DNA from: Castellaniella defragrans
Lineage (GTDB): Bacteria > Pseudomonadota > Gammaproteobacteria > Burkholderiales > Burkholderiaceae_B
Direction: 5' to 3' (one strand)
Assembly (NCBI RefSeq): GCF_040394755.1
Contig: NZ_JBEBRQ010000003.1
Length of the DNA: 64,000 nt
In this document: in pieces, positions 38,875 to 48,638 of the stretch
How positions within the stretch are numbered: position 1 is the stretch's first letter
How the letters are laid out: each line of letters starts with the position of its first letter
Notes under the pieces: model-generated
The model's input: the letters and a program-made list of their open reading frames with translations, nothing else
What the model was told of the DNA's origin: nothing
Databases searched by the model: none
Made by a program: the position numbers and the translations under genes

Positions 38875-40677
38875 TCAAGGGATCGCTGCCCGGCGCCGCA
38901 CCGGCCGGGGCGATGGATGGGCATGGGCAACCATGTCCTGATAGGTGCCCTGGGCCGCAATGCGTCCGGCAAGCAGCTGCACCACCCGATCGCATCGCTG
39001 CAATGTCGACAAGCGATGCGCAATGATCAAAACAGTCAATTCGGCCCCGAGACCATCGATCGCATCCATGACGGCCTGCTCTGTCTCCGTATCCAGGGCG
39101 CTGGTGGCCTCGTCCAGGATCAGGATCTCCGCCCGCCGATACAGCGCGCGCGCGATTCCGATGCGCTGGCGCTGACCGCCGGACAGGCGCACACCACGCT
39201 CGCCGACTTGGGTCCTGTAGCCTTCCGGCAAGGATTCGATCGTGTCCTCGATCTGGGCCTGCCGGGCAGCCTGGCGCACCCGTTCCGTATCGATCTGGTC
39301 TGGCGGAATGCCGAAAGCGATGTTCTCCGCGATACTGGCATCCAAGAGATAGATGGATTGCGGGACATGCGCGATACGGCGCTGCCAGGCCCGCTGTACG
39401 CTCGGGTCCAGCTGGATATCATCGATCCACAGACCGCCCTCGGTCGGAATCAACAGCCCCATCACGATATCCAGCAGCGTGCTTTTGCCGCTGCCCGTGA
39501 CGCCGATGAAACCGATCCGGCTGCCGCGCGGGATCCGCAAATTCAGGTCACGCAGGATCTCGGGGCTGTCGGGAGCATAGCGAAAGCCCAGGCCGCGCAA
39601 CTCGATGCCATGTCTGAAGGGCAGCGCGCGGGTACTCTCGTAGACCGAGGAATCGATCGGCTGACCCAGCAGATCCAAGGCATCCCGCAGCGAATCCCGG
39701 CTGCTGCGCAGCTGGATCACGGACAGATACCCTTGTTGCATGATGGGCAGCAGGCGCTGGGCCCCAAGCGCCAGGGCGCCCAGCAAAGCGATCGTGCTGG
39801 TGATCCCGCCGCCCTGGTGAGCCATGGAATAGGCAAGAATAGCGATGAACGCCATACCCATGGCCTCTGCCGCAAAGCGCGGCGAGCCGCCAATGATGGC
39901 GCTATTGGCCTGGGCATGACGCAATTGGAGGTCCGCGTGGCGGTACTGCTCGCAATAGGTTTCCTGGGCGCCATCGAGCAGCACATCACGGATGCCGCCC
40001 AGGCCCTCCTGCAGGACCTTGACGACCCGCTCGGACTCCTCGGAAATCCGCCGGCTGTAGGCGGCAAGACGCGTCCTGGTCACCAGAATCACGATGCCAT
40101 AGATCGCGCCGAATCCACCAAAAGCGGTCAAGGACATCAGAGGCTCGACCGCCAGCAGGGCCAGCAGGATGGCCGCCAGAATGACCGTGCTGCTCAGCAG
40201 CGTCAGGATCGGCATCAGGAAATAATTGATGACCATCGTGACTTTGGTGGTTACACCGCTGATGACCTCGCTGCTGTTGCGCGAAACGTGCACCGCATAC
40301 GGCTGATACAGGGTGCGCCGATAGATCTGGTAGCTGAAATCCGCCCCGATGGCGAACGACAGCCGGGTCTGCACATACAACAGCAGCAAACGCATGGCGC
40401 CCGCCAGCAAAGCGGCGGCAATGAATGCCAAAGTAATCGGGAACAATAACGCCTGGGGGCTGGTGATCCGCAGCCAGGACAGCATCGGCTGGATGGCCGG
40501 GTAGGCAAAAACCTTTTCCGGCTGGGTCAATACCCCCAGGAACGGCAGTACGGCGCCCAGGCTCAAGACCTCGGCAAAAGACGCCAGCACCATGAGGATC
40601 AGCAAGAGGACCAACTGCCGCTTGCGGCGCGGGGTCAAATGGGCCCAATATTCCTTGGACAGCGCAAGCAGGGTCAT
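38875..40677 (-). CDS. ABC transporter permease/ATPase, PglK/MsbA-like glycolipid flippase
   Basis: N-terminal TMD; GVTGSGKST, LSGGQRQRIGIARAL, LDEATSALD. Confidence 0.85.
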   Translation of the reverse strand: MTLLALSKEYWAHLTPRRKRQLVLLLILMVLASFAEVLSLGAVLPFLGVLTQPEKVFAYPAIQPMLSWLRITSPQALLFPITLAFIAAALLAGAMRLLLLYVQTRLSFAIGADFSYQIYRRTLYQPYAVHVSRNSSEVISGVTTKVTMVINYFLMPILTLLSSTVILAAILLALLAVEPLMSLTAFGGFGAIYGIVILVTRTRLAAYSRRISEESERVVKVLQEGLGGIRDVLLDGAQETYCEQYRHADLQLRHAQANSAIIGGSPRFAAEAMGMAFIAILAYSMAHQGGGITSTIALLGALALGAQRLLPIMQQGYLSVIQLRSSRDSLRDALDLLGQPIDSSVYESTRALPFRHGIELRGLGFRYAPDSPEILRDLNLRIPRGSRIGFIGVTGSGKSTLLDIVMGLLIPTEGGLWIDDIQLDPSVQRAWQRRIAHVPQSIYLLDASIAENIAFGIPPDQIDTERVRQAARQAQIEDTIESLPEGYRTQVGERGVRLSGGQRQRIGIARALYRRAEILILDEATSALDTETEQAVMDAIDGLGAELTVLIIAHRLSTLQRCDRVVQLLAGRIAAQGTYQDMVAHAHPSPRPVRRRAAIP

Positions 40678-40997
40678 GATGTCTCGGATGCTTGCCGCAA
40701 TCGCTTTATATTCTGTTTCATAATTTAAGATTATTGACCTTTCGGTTTCAATGAATTATGCACGGATTCCATCTTTGCGCCAATATCATGTGGCGCCGGA
40801 TACCGGTCAAATGGCACTGTTTCTGGTGTTTTACATTTTGATAAACAGCCTGCAAAACCACAGCGCATCATAGGTCGCCTGGGCTGATGCCTGGCTCATG
40901 CGACAGATCACGCAGGCTCAGGCCAGATTGGCCTCCAGCAAACGCAGGACTTTCCAGTGGCTTTCTCCGAGAGAAGGCGTTTGCCATGGAATGCCTC

Positions 40998-42308
40998 TTA
41001 CCGCGCCCCCCAGCCAGTCAGAATGATCCGCACCGTCTTGAACACGATCAGGATGTCCAGCCACAATGAGAAGTGCTTGATGTAATAAAAATCATGCTGG
41101 ATTTTGATCCGTGTCGCATCAACGTCCCCAGCGTATCCCTGCATGACCTGGGCCCAGCCGGTCAGGCCGGGACGCACCACATGCCGGTAAATATAGAACG
41201 GAATCTCACGATCGAACTGATCCACGAACACGCGCTGCTCAGGCCGCGGGCCGATCAGACTCATATCGCCCTTGAGTACATTCCATAGCTGCGGCAACTC
41301 GTCAAGACGCGCCTTGCGGATGAAAGCACCGACACGGGTGACCCGATCATCGCCGGAAGCCGCGAACCGGGCACCATCGGATTCCGCGCTGACACGCATA
41401 CTGCGAAACTTATAGATGCGAAAATTCTTGCCTCCCAAGCCGACCCGACTCTGGATGAACAGCACCGGACCTGGACTATCAAAACTGACCGCAATGGCCG
41501 TCAACAGCATCAATGGGAGCGTAATAGGGGCAGTCAGCAGGACACCCACGATGTCGATCATTCGCTTGCACATAGAATACAGCGGGGAGGGCAAGAGGGA
41601 ACCCACTTCGTTCTCGGACAGGCGATCGATCTCGACCCGGCCCGTCAGGCTCTCCATCGCCTGGCGCACATGAAACACCGGAATATGGGCCAGAATGCAC
41701 TGCGCCAGAAAGCGCTCCCACTCGGAACTCAGGTCCTTGGCCTCGAGATCCGCGACGACGGCATCATATCGAACCCCCGCCAGGTCGGGCGCCGACAGTT
41801 GGCGAACCTCCAAATTGTGCCGTGACCCTACCGCACAAGCGGCTCCCACGGGCACCACGGCCAGCTTCAGCCTACGATAACGGCGACCGATGAAATAGCT
41901 CCCATAGCACCAGAACAATGCCAGGACATAAGCCATCAGCAGGATCGGCCTGGAATAGGGACTGCGACTGAAGAACAGAACCGCAAAGGCCACGAGGAAT
42001 ACCATCGTCACGACGGGCGCAATATGGGCAATAAAGGCCCCGCCCGAGAATCGCCCAAAGCGGTGCAAAGTCACGACAATAACCAGGCACGACAGTCCAA
42101 CGGCAATAAGGGTATTGATCCGGACCGGATTCATATAGAACCAGAATGACGATCCCCACTCCAGGAGAGCAGGCAACAATGCAACCATCAGCAAGCCAAC
42201 CACCAGTTGGAATGGCCAGCCCAACAACAAAACCTCGTACCAGCGGGAATGACGTCGCGCATACCGGCTGATCGGCTCTATAGGTTTCCTCAAACTAGAT
42301 TTGTTCAT
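40998..42308 (-). CDS. Polyprenyl-phosphate glycosylphosphotransferase (initiating sugar transferase)
   Basis: 4 TM plus [32 protein letters not shown]. Confidence 0.9.
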   Translation of the reverse strand: MNKSSLRKPIEPISRYARRHSRWYEVLLLGWPFQLVVGLLMVALLPALLEWGSSFWFYMNPVRINTLIAVGLSCLVIVVTLHRFGRFSGGAFIAHIAPVVTMVFLVAFAVLFFSRSPYSRPILLMAYVLALFWCYGSYFIGRRYRRLKLAVVPVGAACAVGSRHNLEVRQLSAPDLAGVRYDAVVADLEAKDLSSEWERFLAQCILAHIPVFHVRQAMESLTGRVEIDRLSENEVGSLLPSPLYSMCKRMIDIVGVLLTAPITLPLMLLTAIAVSFDSPGPVLFIQSRVGLGGKNFRIYKFRSMRVSAESDGARFAASGDDRVTRVGAFIRKARLDELPQLWNVLKGDMSLIGPRPEQRVFVDQFDREIPFYIYRHVVRPGLTGWAQVMQGYAGDVDATRIKIQHDFYYIKHFSLWLDILIVFKTVRIILTGWGAR

Positions 42309-42562
42309 ACTCTGTCAGCTTTGTTCGCATCATCACAGAAACAATAATTTGTTACCGCATTCTGGCGAATCGCCTGTCTTTACCCCTGCAACTGCCGGAC
42401 AAACGCTCAAAAAATCCTGATTCGCCAAAAAATAGTGGCGATACGATCTATCGGCCCTGATCGGCCATTGCGCTTCAAGGATGGCCCATGAGGTCGCGCA
42501 GTCTGGCGATGCGCTTTTCCTCTTGGGTTCTGACTGGGACTGCCCAGACTACACTTGGGGCT

Positions 42563-43795
42563 TCATTGGTGTTCGATGACCAACTCGTTCAGCATATTGG
42601 CAAAACGTGCGGCGAGCGCATCGAACCCGTGATTCCGCTCGACATACGTCCTGCCCGATCGGCCCATTTCAGCGCGCTCGCTAGCCGGTGTCGCGACAAG
42701 AGTTGCGATGGCCTGAGCCAGCGCAACCGGATCGCCCGGCTGTACCGTGATCCCCGCATGTGCCTCAGCAATCGGATTATTCGATGAATTGCAGCAGAAA
42801 ATTACCGGACGGGCACCGGCAAGAAAATCAAATATTTTGTTTGGACTGATCCCATATTTAAAAACAGGCGAGTCTATCAAATTGAAAACGAACGCATCAG
42901 CCTCTGCCGCCAAGGCTGGAATTTCATTTTTCGGCACCGGATCTTCGAATTCAACATTATTCAATCTCAACTCGTCGGCCAATCGGATCAACGATAATTT
43001 GAGGGGGCCTGCACCAATCATACGCAGCCTGACATGACGCATATCGGAGCGTTTCTGTATTTCCGCCATCGCCTTGATGACACAATCCAGACCATTTGCC
43101 TGCCCATGTGCGCCAAAGTACATCAGCACGAACGCATCACGAGCGGCCACTGGCGCCGGCTCTGGATAATCTTCCAATTCAACGCCGTTTGGTATCCATA
43201 CGATCTTGCGCTCTGGAATCCCCAGCGGAACAATATATTCACCCGCCCGCGGTAGAACAACCACGATACGGTCAGCTTTTTCGTAGAGCCATTTCTCGAG
43301 TCTGCGCAATGCTTTCGTCATCAGGCTGTTTTCCTGCAACCGGCCGAAATCGACCAGCGTTTGGGGCCATAAGTCCCGGACCTCGAACACGAACGGCACT
43401 TTGAAACGTTTGGCAAGCAGCGCACCCGCCCACGCAGCAAACGGGTGTGCGCTCGACCCCATAATGACATCCGGCTTATCCAGCCCGCTGGTGACGCCCG
43501 GCATGAGGACCCGGGCAGCATAGACCAGCATGTTTCTTATCCGCCCGCCACCGTTGCCCTCATATGAAGGCGTACGGATCCAAAGAAATCGAACCCCATC
43601 AAAATCATTGATACGCGAGACGTCTTTATTTGTAATTCGCTTATGGCCGGTATGATGTTCAAAACTTGCGGCAATCACAGAGGCTTTCCATCCATGTGAC
43701 ATCAAATGCCGCGCAAGCCCATAATGCCGTGTAATGCCTGCCCCCCCGGGCTCTTGCGCATAATGATTGAGTATCCAGACGTTTCTCACAATCAC
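42563..43795 (-). CDS. GT4 glycosyltransferase (WbuB/WbpJ-like)
   Basis: ILNHYA, GSSAHPFA, FEVRDLWP, YFGAHGQANG, SPNKIFDFL. Confidence 0.88.
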   Translation of the reverse strand: MIVRNVWILNHYAQEPGGAGITRHYGLARHLMSHGWKASVIAASFEHHTGHKRITNKDVSRINDFDGVRFLWIRTPSYEGNGGGRIRNMLVYAARVLMPGVTSGLDKPDVIMGSSAHPFAAWAGALLAKRFKVPFVFEVRDLWPQTLVDFGRLQENSLMTKALRRLEKWLYEKADRIVVVLPRAGEYIVPLGIPERKIVWIPNGVELEDYPEPAPVAARDAFVLMYFGAHGQANGLDCVIKAMAEIQKRSDMRHVRLRMIGAGPLKLSLIRLADELRLNNVEFEDPVPKNEIPALAAEADAFVFNLIDSPVFKYGISPNKIFDFLAGARPVIFCCNSSNNPIAEAHAGITVQPGDPVALAQAIATLVATPASERAEMGRSGRTYVERNHGFDALAARFANMLNELVIEHQ

Positions 43796-44862
43796 AATTC
43801 CCTGATCAAACTATCTGCAATAATGGATGCAGCATTACCATCACCATACGGCTGGATGTCAAACCCTTCACTCCCCAATGCCCTCTCCAACACAGAGGCG
43901 ATGTCACCCCCATTGGTCGGTGGAGCCAGGCGATTCCATCCACCATCAACCAGTTCCGACCATTCGGTCTCATCTCTCAGAGTCACGCACGGCACCCGGT
44001 AGAAAAAGGCCTCTTTCTGGACGCCGCCCGAATCAGTCGCAATCAAATGTGCGTTCTTCTCGAGCATCACCATATCGAGGTAACCGATCGGATCGATCAC
44101 ACGGACGTTCTTGGGCAACGTGAGGCCCTGTGCGGCAAGCCGTCCCCGAGTCCGAGGATGCAAGGGGAGCACAATATCCGCACCAAACTGCGCGAAACCC
44201 TCAAAAATAGCCGCTAGCCGTTGAGGATTGTCTGTGTTCTCGGCGCGATGAATCGTTGCCAGGGCATAACGCCTAGGCGTAAGACGCAGAGAGGCGAGAA
44301 TCGAACTCGACTGCTCGGCCTTATCACCGTAAAACAGCGCGGCATCGTACATGACATCACCCACCAAGCGCACCCTGGCGTCGGCAATACCTTCCCGAGC
44401 CAAGTGTGTCACGGCGGTTTCTGTCGGCGCAAATAACAGATCCGCAGCATGATCGGTAAGAACACGGTTGATTTCCTCAGGCATCCGCCGGTTGAATGAA
44501 CGCAGCCCCGCCTCGACATGAGCGACAGGAATATGTAGTTTCACCGCCGCAACAGCGCCGGCAAGAGTTGAATCCGTGTCACCATAGACAAGCACCCAAT
44601 CAGGGCGTTGTTCGAGTAAAATCTGCTCAACAGCTTCGATCATCCGACCGGTGTTCTGTCCATGCGTACCGCCGCCAATGCCAAGATGATATGCCGGACG
44701 GGTAATGCCCAACTCGTCGAAAAACACATCGGACATATTCGCATCGAAGTGCTGCCCGGTATGAATCAATTTCTCGGCAATACCCCTGACTACGAGAGCC
44801 TGCGAAACAATAACCGCCTTGATGAATTGAGGGCGGGCACCGATGATCGTGATGACGTTCAT
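43792..44862 (-). CDS. wbpI: Non-hydrolysing UDP-sugar 2-epimerase (WbpI/WecB family)
   Basis: GARPQFIK, HTGQH, YGDTDSTLAG, HVEAGLRSFN..PEE.NR, TDSGGVQKEA; context implies a UDP-diNAc-glucuronate substrate. Confidence 0.8.
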   Translation of the reverse strand: MNVITIIGARPQFIKAVIVSQALVVRGIAEKLIHTGQHFDANMSDVFFDELGITRPAYHLGIGGGTHGQNTGRMIEAVEQILLEQRPDWVLVYGDTDSTLAGAVAAVKLHIPVAHVEAGLRSFNRRMPEEINRVLTDHAADLLFAPTETAVTHLAREGIADARVRLVGDVMYDAALFYGDKAEQSSSILASLRLTPRRYALATIHRAENTDNPQRLAAIFEGFAQFGADIVLPLHPRTRGRLAAQGLTLPKNVRVIDPIGYLDMVMLEKNAHLIATDSGGVQKEAFFYRVPCVTLRDETEWSELVDGGWNRLAPPTNGGDIASVLERALGSEGFDIQPYGDGNAASIIADSLIREL

Positions 44863-44872
44863 TTCAATCCGA

Positions 44873-45976
44873 TTATTTCAAAATAGATTCATAAAGATCA
44901 ATCAGCTTTTTCTCCTCAACCCCCCAGTTATAGCGGCTCTCGACCGCACGCCGCCCATTCTCGCCCATTGCCCGCGCCTGCTCGGGATGGTTGGCGAAAA
45001 AGTCGATTGCCGCGGCAATTTCGCGGGGATCGAGCGGATCGACACACAAACCGCAGTCGTTGCCCTCGATGATCTCGCGCCACAACGGGAAGTTCGAGGC
45101 GATGACCGGGATGCCAGCGCTCATGTATTCGAACATTTTGTTAGGTTGGGCATCTATGTGATTCGGAGCGGGTAGAAATGTTACCAACCCAGCGAACGAT
45201 CGGCCGAGCACGCTCCGTACGCCTGCCCTATCCATAAAACCGAGTTCATCAATCCGATTCCACCCGCCATACTGCCGAACCTCCGCGCTGACGGGCGCTT
45301 CGGAGAACGTGCCGACGAGTTGCAGCCTTGCGTCGGAGCGTATGTACTCCATTGCTCGGACGATCTCCCGTACCCCGCGAATTGCAGCAATGCCGCCGAC
45401 ATAACAGATATTGCTGCGTATCCCTTCCGCATCGGCCGGCTCGGCTAATTCCCCCCACATCGGAAAATTGTTGATGTCGATTGCGCGTGCGTTGATACCC
45501 AGAAATTTATCCCGTATGAATGGCGTGGCTGCCACAATGGCATCGAACTCTCCACAGGTTCTCCGTTCATACACGGAGAATACCCAGGAGAGCAGCTTAC
45601 GCTTCATGGGACTCAAATAGGGCTTACCTAATAATTGTTTAGGAACGTCTTCATGCGAGTCGAAAATGACGCGCTTTCCCATGCGCTTCAACTTCAGTCC
45701 TGCGGGAATGAGTTCCGGATCGTGAAAGTGATAGATTTCGGCGTCAACGGCGATGGCTTTGGCAAGCACACGCTTTGTTGCGTGACGGATTCTATCGAGC
45801 CTGCCACTGGATGCGCCTGCATCGTGGATTTCTATACCCTCCCTATCCTCTCGGCCTTTTCCGTCGGCAACGATCAACGCAACCTTATAACCGGCGTTGG
45901 ACAGAGATCGACATTCCTTGAGAAAGATGCGTGTGTCGTAGCGAGAATGGACGGATGTAAGGTGACAGATTTTCAT
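44873..45976 (-). CDS. GT4 glycosyltransferase (WbpH-like); ORF extends to 46063
   Basis: MKICHLTSVH..DTRIF.KEC.SL, YHFHDPEL, FDSHED, PNKMFEYMSAGIPVIAS. Confidence 0.88.
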   Translation of the reverse strand: MKICHLTSVHSRYDTRIFLKECRSLSNAGYKVALIVADGKGREDREGIEIHDAGASSGRLDRIRHATKRVLAKAIAVDAEIYHFHDPELIPAGLKLKRMGKRVIFDSHEDVPKQLLGKPYLSPMKRKLLSWVFSVYERRTCGEFDAIVAATPFIRDKFLGINARAIDINNFPMWGELAEPADAEGIRSNICYVGGIAAIRGVREIVRAMEYIRSDARLQLVGTFSEAPVSAEVRQYGGWNRIDELGFMDRAGVRSVLGRSFAGLVTFLPAPNHIDAQPNKMFEYMSAGIPVIASNFPLWREIIEGNDCGLCVDPLDPREIAAAIDFFANHPEQARAMGENGRRAVESRYNWGVEEKKLIDLYESILK

Positions 45977-46073
45977 TTGGCAAACATGCACGTGAATACT
46001 CAATTCCGTGCCCACAACATTGAAAAGGAATCCGCGAATGGTCCGACGCAGCAAGCTCACCACAATGGGCGCT

Positions 46074-47381
46074 CTACCGCATTACAAATCCTCGGGTTAG
46101 CACTGACTGACTGCCGCGATGACTTTCTTCTTTTATCTCATCTCGCTCGACAAACACCCACCTTCCGCCGGACTTATTCAAACGCTTTCCGATGAGCAGC
46201 ATAAATACCAGCAAAAAAATTAGTTGCCTATTTTGCTCGAAATCCCCCCCAACAAAAGAAAGCAGAAAGCAATTTAAAGTTATTCCTGAAATAAAAATCA
46301 TGAATGGCTCATTCGACAGCAAGAATCCAGCAATGGATTTTATTAATGCACGAATCACGATATAAGCAAGAGGCACCCCAGTCACACCAAACCATACAAC
46401 AACACCAACAAAAATATTATGCGGATGACGATATGCATCACAATACCCAACATTACAGGCAAATTTCATAGGGCCAACCCCAAAGATGAAACTCTCGATG
46501 TCGCCAACCCACTGCTTTAGCCCTGCTGTCATCAGCCACAACCTATCTTGTTCCACCCCCAAAGAAGAAAATTGTAATTTTCCATAAAATCGATCAATAA
46601 ACTTATTTTTATCTAAGGAACCCAGCCACTCGGGGAAAGGAAAGACAACAACCAGCATTAGCAGCGCCAAACAAATAAAAACCCAGGATCTTATGCCTAC
46701 ATGATATCTGGCATAAAAAACAGCCGCCAAGATAACAGCAAAAAAAGCGCCGAAGGACTGGAGGGCGAACAACAACAGAATCCCAACCAATATGATTGGC
46801 CAGCGCATAAAAAAAATAACTTCCCTCCGGAAACACGCCATTATAAGAACACACAGCCCCAATACCCTGGACACACCTTGATAGGAGTCTCCTATATATG
46901 TGCCAATAAGGCTTTGGCCGGGTCGCCACGATAGCTGAAACGCAAGAATACAAATCGCAACTATTACGCACGCGGAAAAAAATGGAATCAAACTACAAAA
47001 TTCCGAAATTCTGTCCCTGCGCCTTGTTAAGTACTCGTAAAACGCATAACTAGACACTGAGGCGCTTATAAAATAATAAATAGTCTTTAAATAAAGAGTG
47101 CCCGTATACGGTGTTTTTACGTCCGCCAGATACGCAATAGCCATCATCATCATTATGTATACATATAGTGCTATTGCCGGTATGGTTATTTTTATCTTTC
47201 TTTTCAGCGAAAAAAGATAAATGAGAGAAAGAACAGGAACCGCTAACTCAATTCCTCTAATAATCCACTCATAACCAAGAAACCCCCAGAAAAAACTTAT
47301 CATCCACGCAAAAAAGAAAAAAGAAAGGACGCGCGGAACCATTTTTTCCGGGAAAAAATTGCGACCTATAATTTCTTTCAT
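46074..47381 (-). CDS. wzy: Putative O-antigen polymerase
   Basis: Low-GC polytopic membrane protein with late loop HPHNIF, positioned between wzx and the GTs. Confidence 0.65.
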   Translation of the reverse strand: MKEIIGRNFFPEKMVPRVLSFFFFAWMISFFWGFLGYEWIIRGIELAVPVLSLIYLFSLKRKIKITIPAIALYVYIMMMMAIAYLADVKTPYTGTLYLKTIYYFISASVSSYAFYEYLTRRRDRISEFCSLIPFFSACVIVAICILAFQLSWRPGQSLIGTYIGDSYQGVSRVLGLCVLIMACFRREVIFFMRWPIILVGILLLFALQSFGAFFAVILAAVFYARYHVGIRSWVFICLALLMLVVVFPFPEWLGSLDKNKFIDRFYGKLQFSSLGVEQDRLWLMTAGLKQWVGDIESFIFGVGPMKFACNVGYCDAYRHPHNIFVGVVVWFGVTGVPLAYIVIRALIKSIAGFLLSNEPFMIFISGITLNCFLLSFVGGDFEQNRQLIFLLVFMLLIGKRLNKSGGRWVFVERDEIKEESHRGSQSVLTRGFVMR

Positions 47382-47414
47382 GAAGGCCTAACAGGATATA
47401 ATGACAACCGAAAA

Positions 47415-48581
47415 CTACCCTCTGTTAGAATAATCTGCCATTATCTCATCATTGCGTTTTGATCTATAGCTGATGATTACGTACAAAAGAGCAGGAATAT
47501 TTATCACCGCAAACAACAAGACAACAAAATGATAGTAAGCGACGCCTCTTGGCCCATATAATAGATAATACACACCAGGGTTCTGGGCAGTCCAACGCCA
47601 CCTCATTGCTATACTCGCCGCATCCTCTTTTATTTTCCCATTTTTTCTTTTCAATAAATCCCCCAATAAGGCAACATGGATTTTATGATATTTTATATTA
47701 TTCGAGTTTCCCAACAAATCATAATCAGACCACCCATTTCTATCGAAAAAAGGCAGCATATTAAAAATCGCGCGGTAAAGACTCTCTGATTTCCTGTTAC
47801 TTATTTTTGAGAAATTTTCATATGCCTCAATACCATAGGTTGCATAAACCATCCCATTGAATACATACGCCATATTTTCAGATTTAAATCTAGGATCTAT
47901 ATATTCCTCTATCCATGGCTGCCCTTTGATAAACGAAAGACTGCCGCCGTCTTCAACCTTTGTCAGCACGGATTTATATAAATCCCCCGCTAACACCAAA
48001 AACTTTTCTTCCTTGAAATAATCGTAGGCCCTTAAAAGAAGGATAATGGCATATCCATCTGTCAGACCAGACCACCACGGCGCTTCCAACCCACCAGACG
48101 GATATCCCTTATATGGCCAGTTAAATTTATATATGAAATGCGGAAGACCAGATTGATAATCAGCATTTTTATAGAGCCAATCTGCCGAATTATAAAAATA
48201 CCTCTCCGCCTCCTTTGTATTATTTATATGTGGTTTGACATTCCATTCATCCATCGATGAATCGTCTCTCCAATGAGTCGCATTGGCATGTTCAATTGGT
48301 CTTATCAGATAATTTGAATAATAAAGACCGTAGTGCACAACATAAAATGGGGAAATGAAAGGTCCTATTCTGGGAGATGTTGATACGGGAAGCCCATCAC
48401 TATTGAATATTCTATGCTCGACGGAACCAGTGGTTGCAAAAACTCTCACCTTGGAATTAAATTCGAATATTTCATACGCAAACACATTGAAAGTGAACAC
48501 TACGACCAACACCCAAACCAAGAAAGCAAGAAATGATATGTATTTATTTATTCTATTCATAGTTATCAATTCATTATACAA
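47415..48581 (-). CDS. D-glucuronyl C5-epimerase family protein with N- and C-terminal TM helices (start may be 48560)
   Basis: WWSGLTDGYAIILLLRAY, GG..PWIEEY, YVFNGMVYATYG, MLPFFD..SDYDL, YHKIHVALL; order and spacing match recalled GLCE motifs. Confidence 0.85.
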   Translation of the reverse strand: MYNELITMNRINKYISFLAFLVWVLVVVFTFNVFAYEIFEFNSKVRVFATTGSVEHRIFNSDGLPVSTSPRIGPFISPFYVVHYGLYYSNYLIRPIEHANATHWRDDSSMDEWNVKPHINNTKEAERYFYNSADWLYKNADYQSGLPHFIYKFNWPYKGYPSGGLEAPWWSGLTDGYAIILLLRAYDYFKEEKFLVLAGDLYKSVLTKVEDGGSLSFIKGQPWIEEYIDPRFKSENMAYVFNGMVYATYGIEAYENFSKISNRKSESLYRAIFNMLPFFDRNGWSDYDLLGNSNNIKYHKIHVALLGDLLKRKNGKIKEDAASIAMRWRWTAQNPGVYYLLYGPRGVAYYHFVVLLFAVINIPALLYVIISYRSKRNDEIMADYSNRG

Positions 48582-48638
48582 TCGCCCGTTGGGCTGCCAA
48601 TATCGTTCAAATGATGTCGCATTGAAATTGCGCAGTAA

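Noticed and set aside
42309-42562. Possible pseudogene between the GT4 and the initiating transferase
   Set aside because: No recognisable motif in any frame I translated; treated as intergenic.
46074-47381. Homopolymer runs in wzy as phase-variation tracts
   Set aside because: Runs are at most about 8 nt, expected for this AT-rich gene; the frame is intact.
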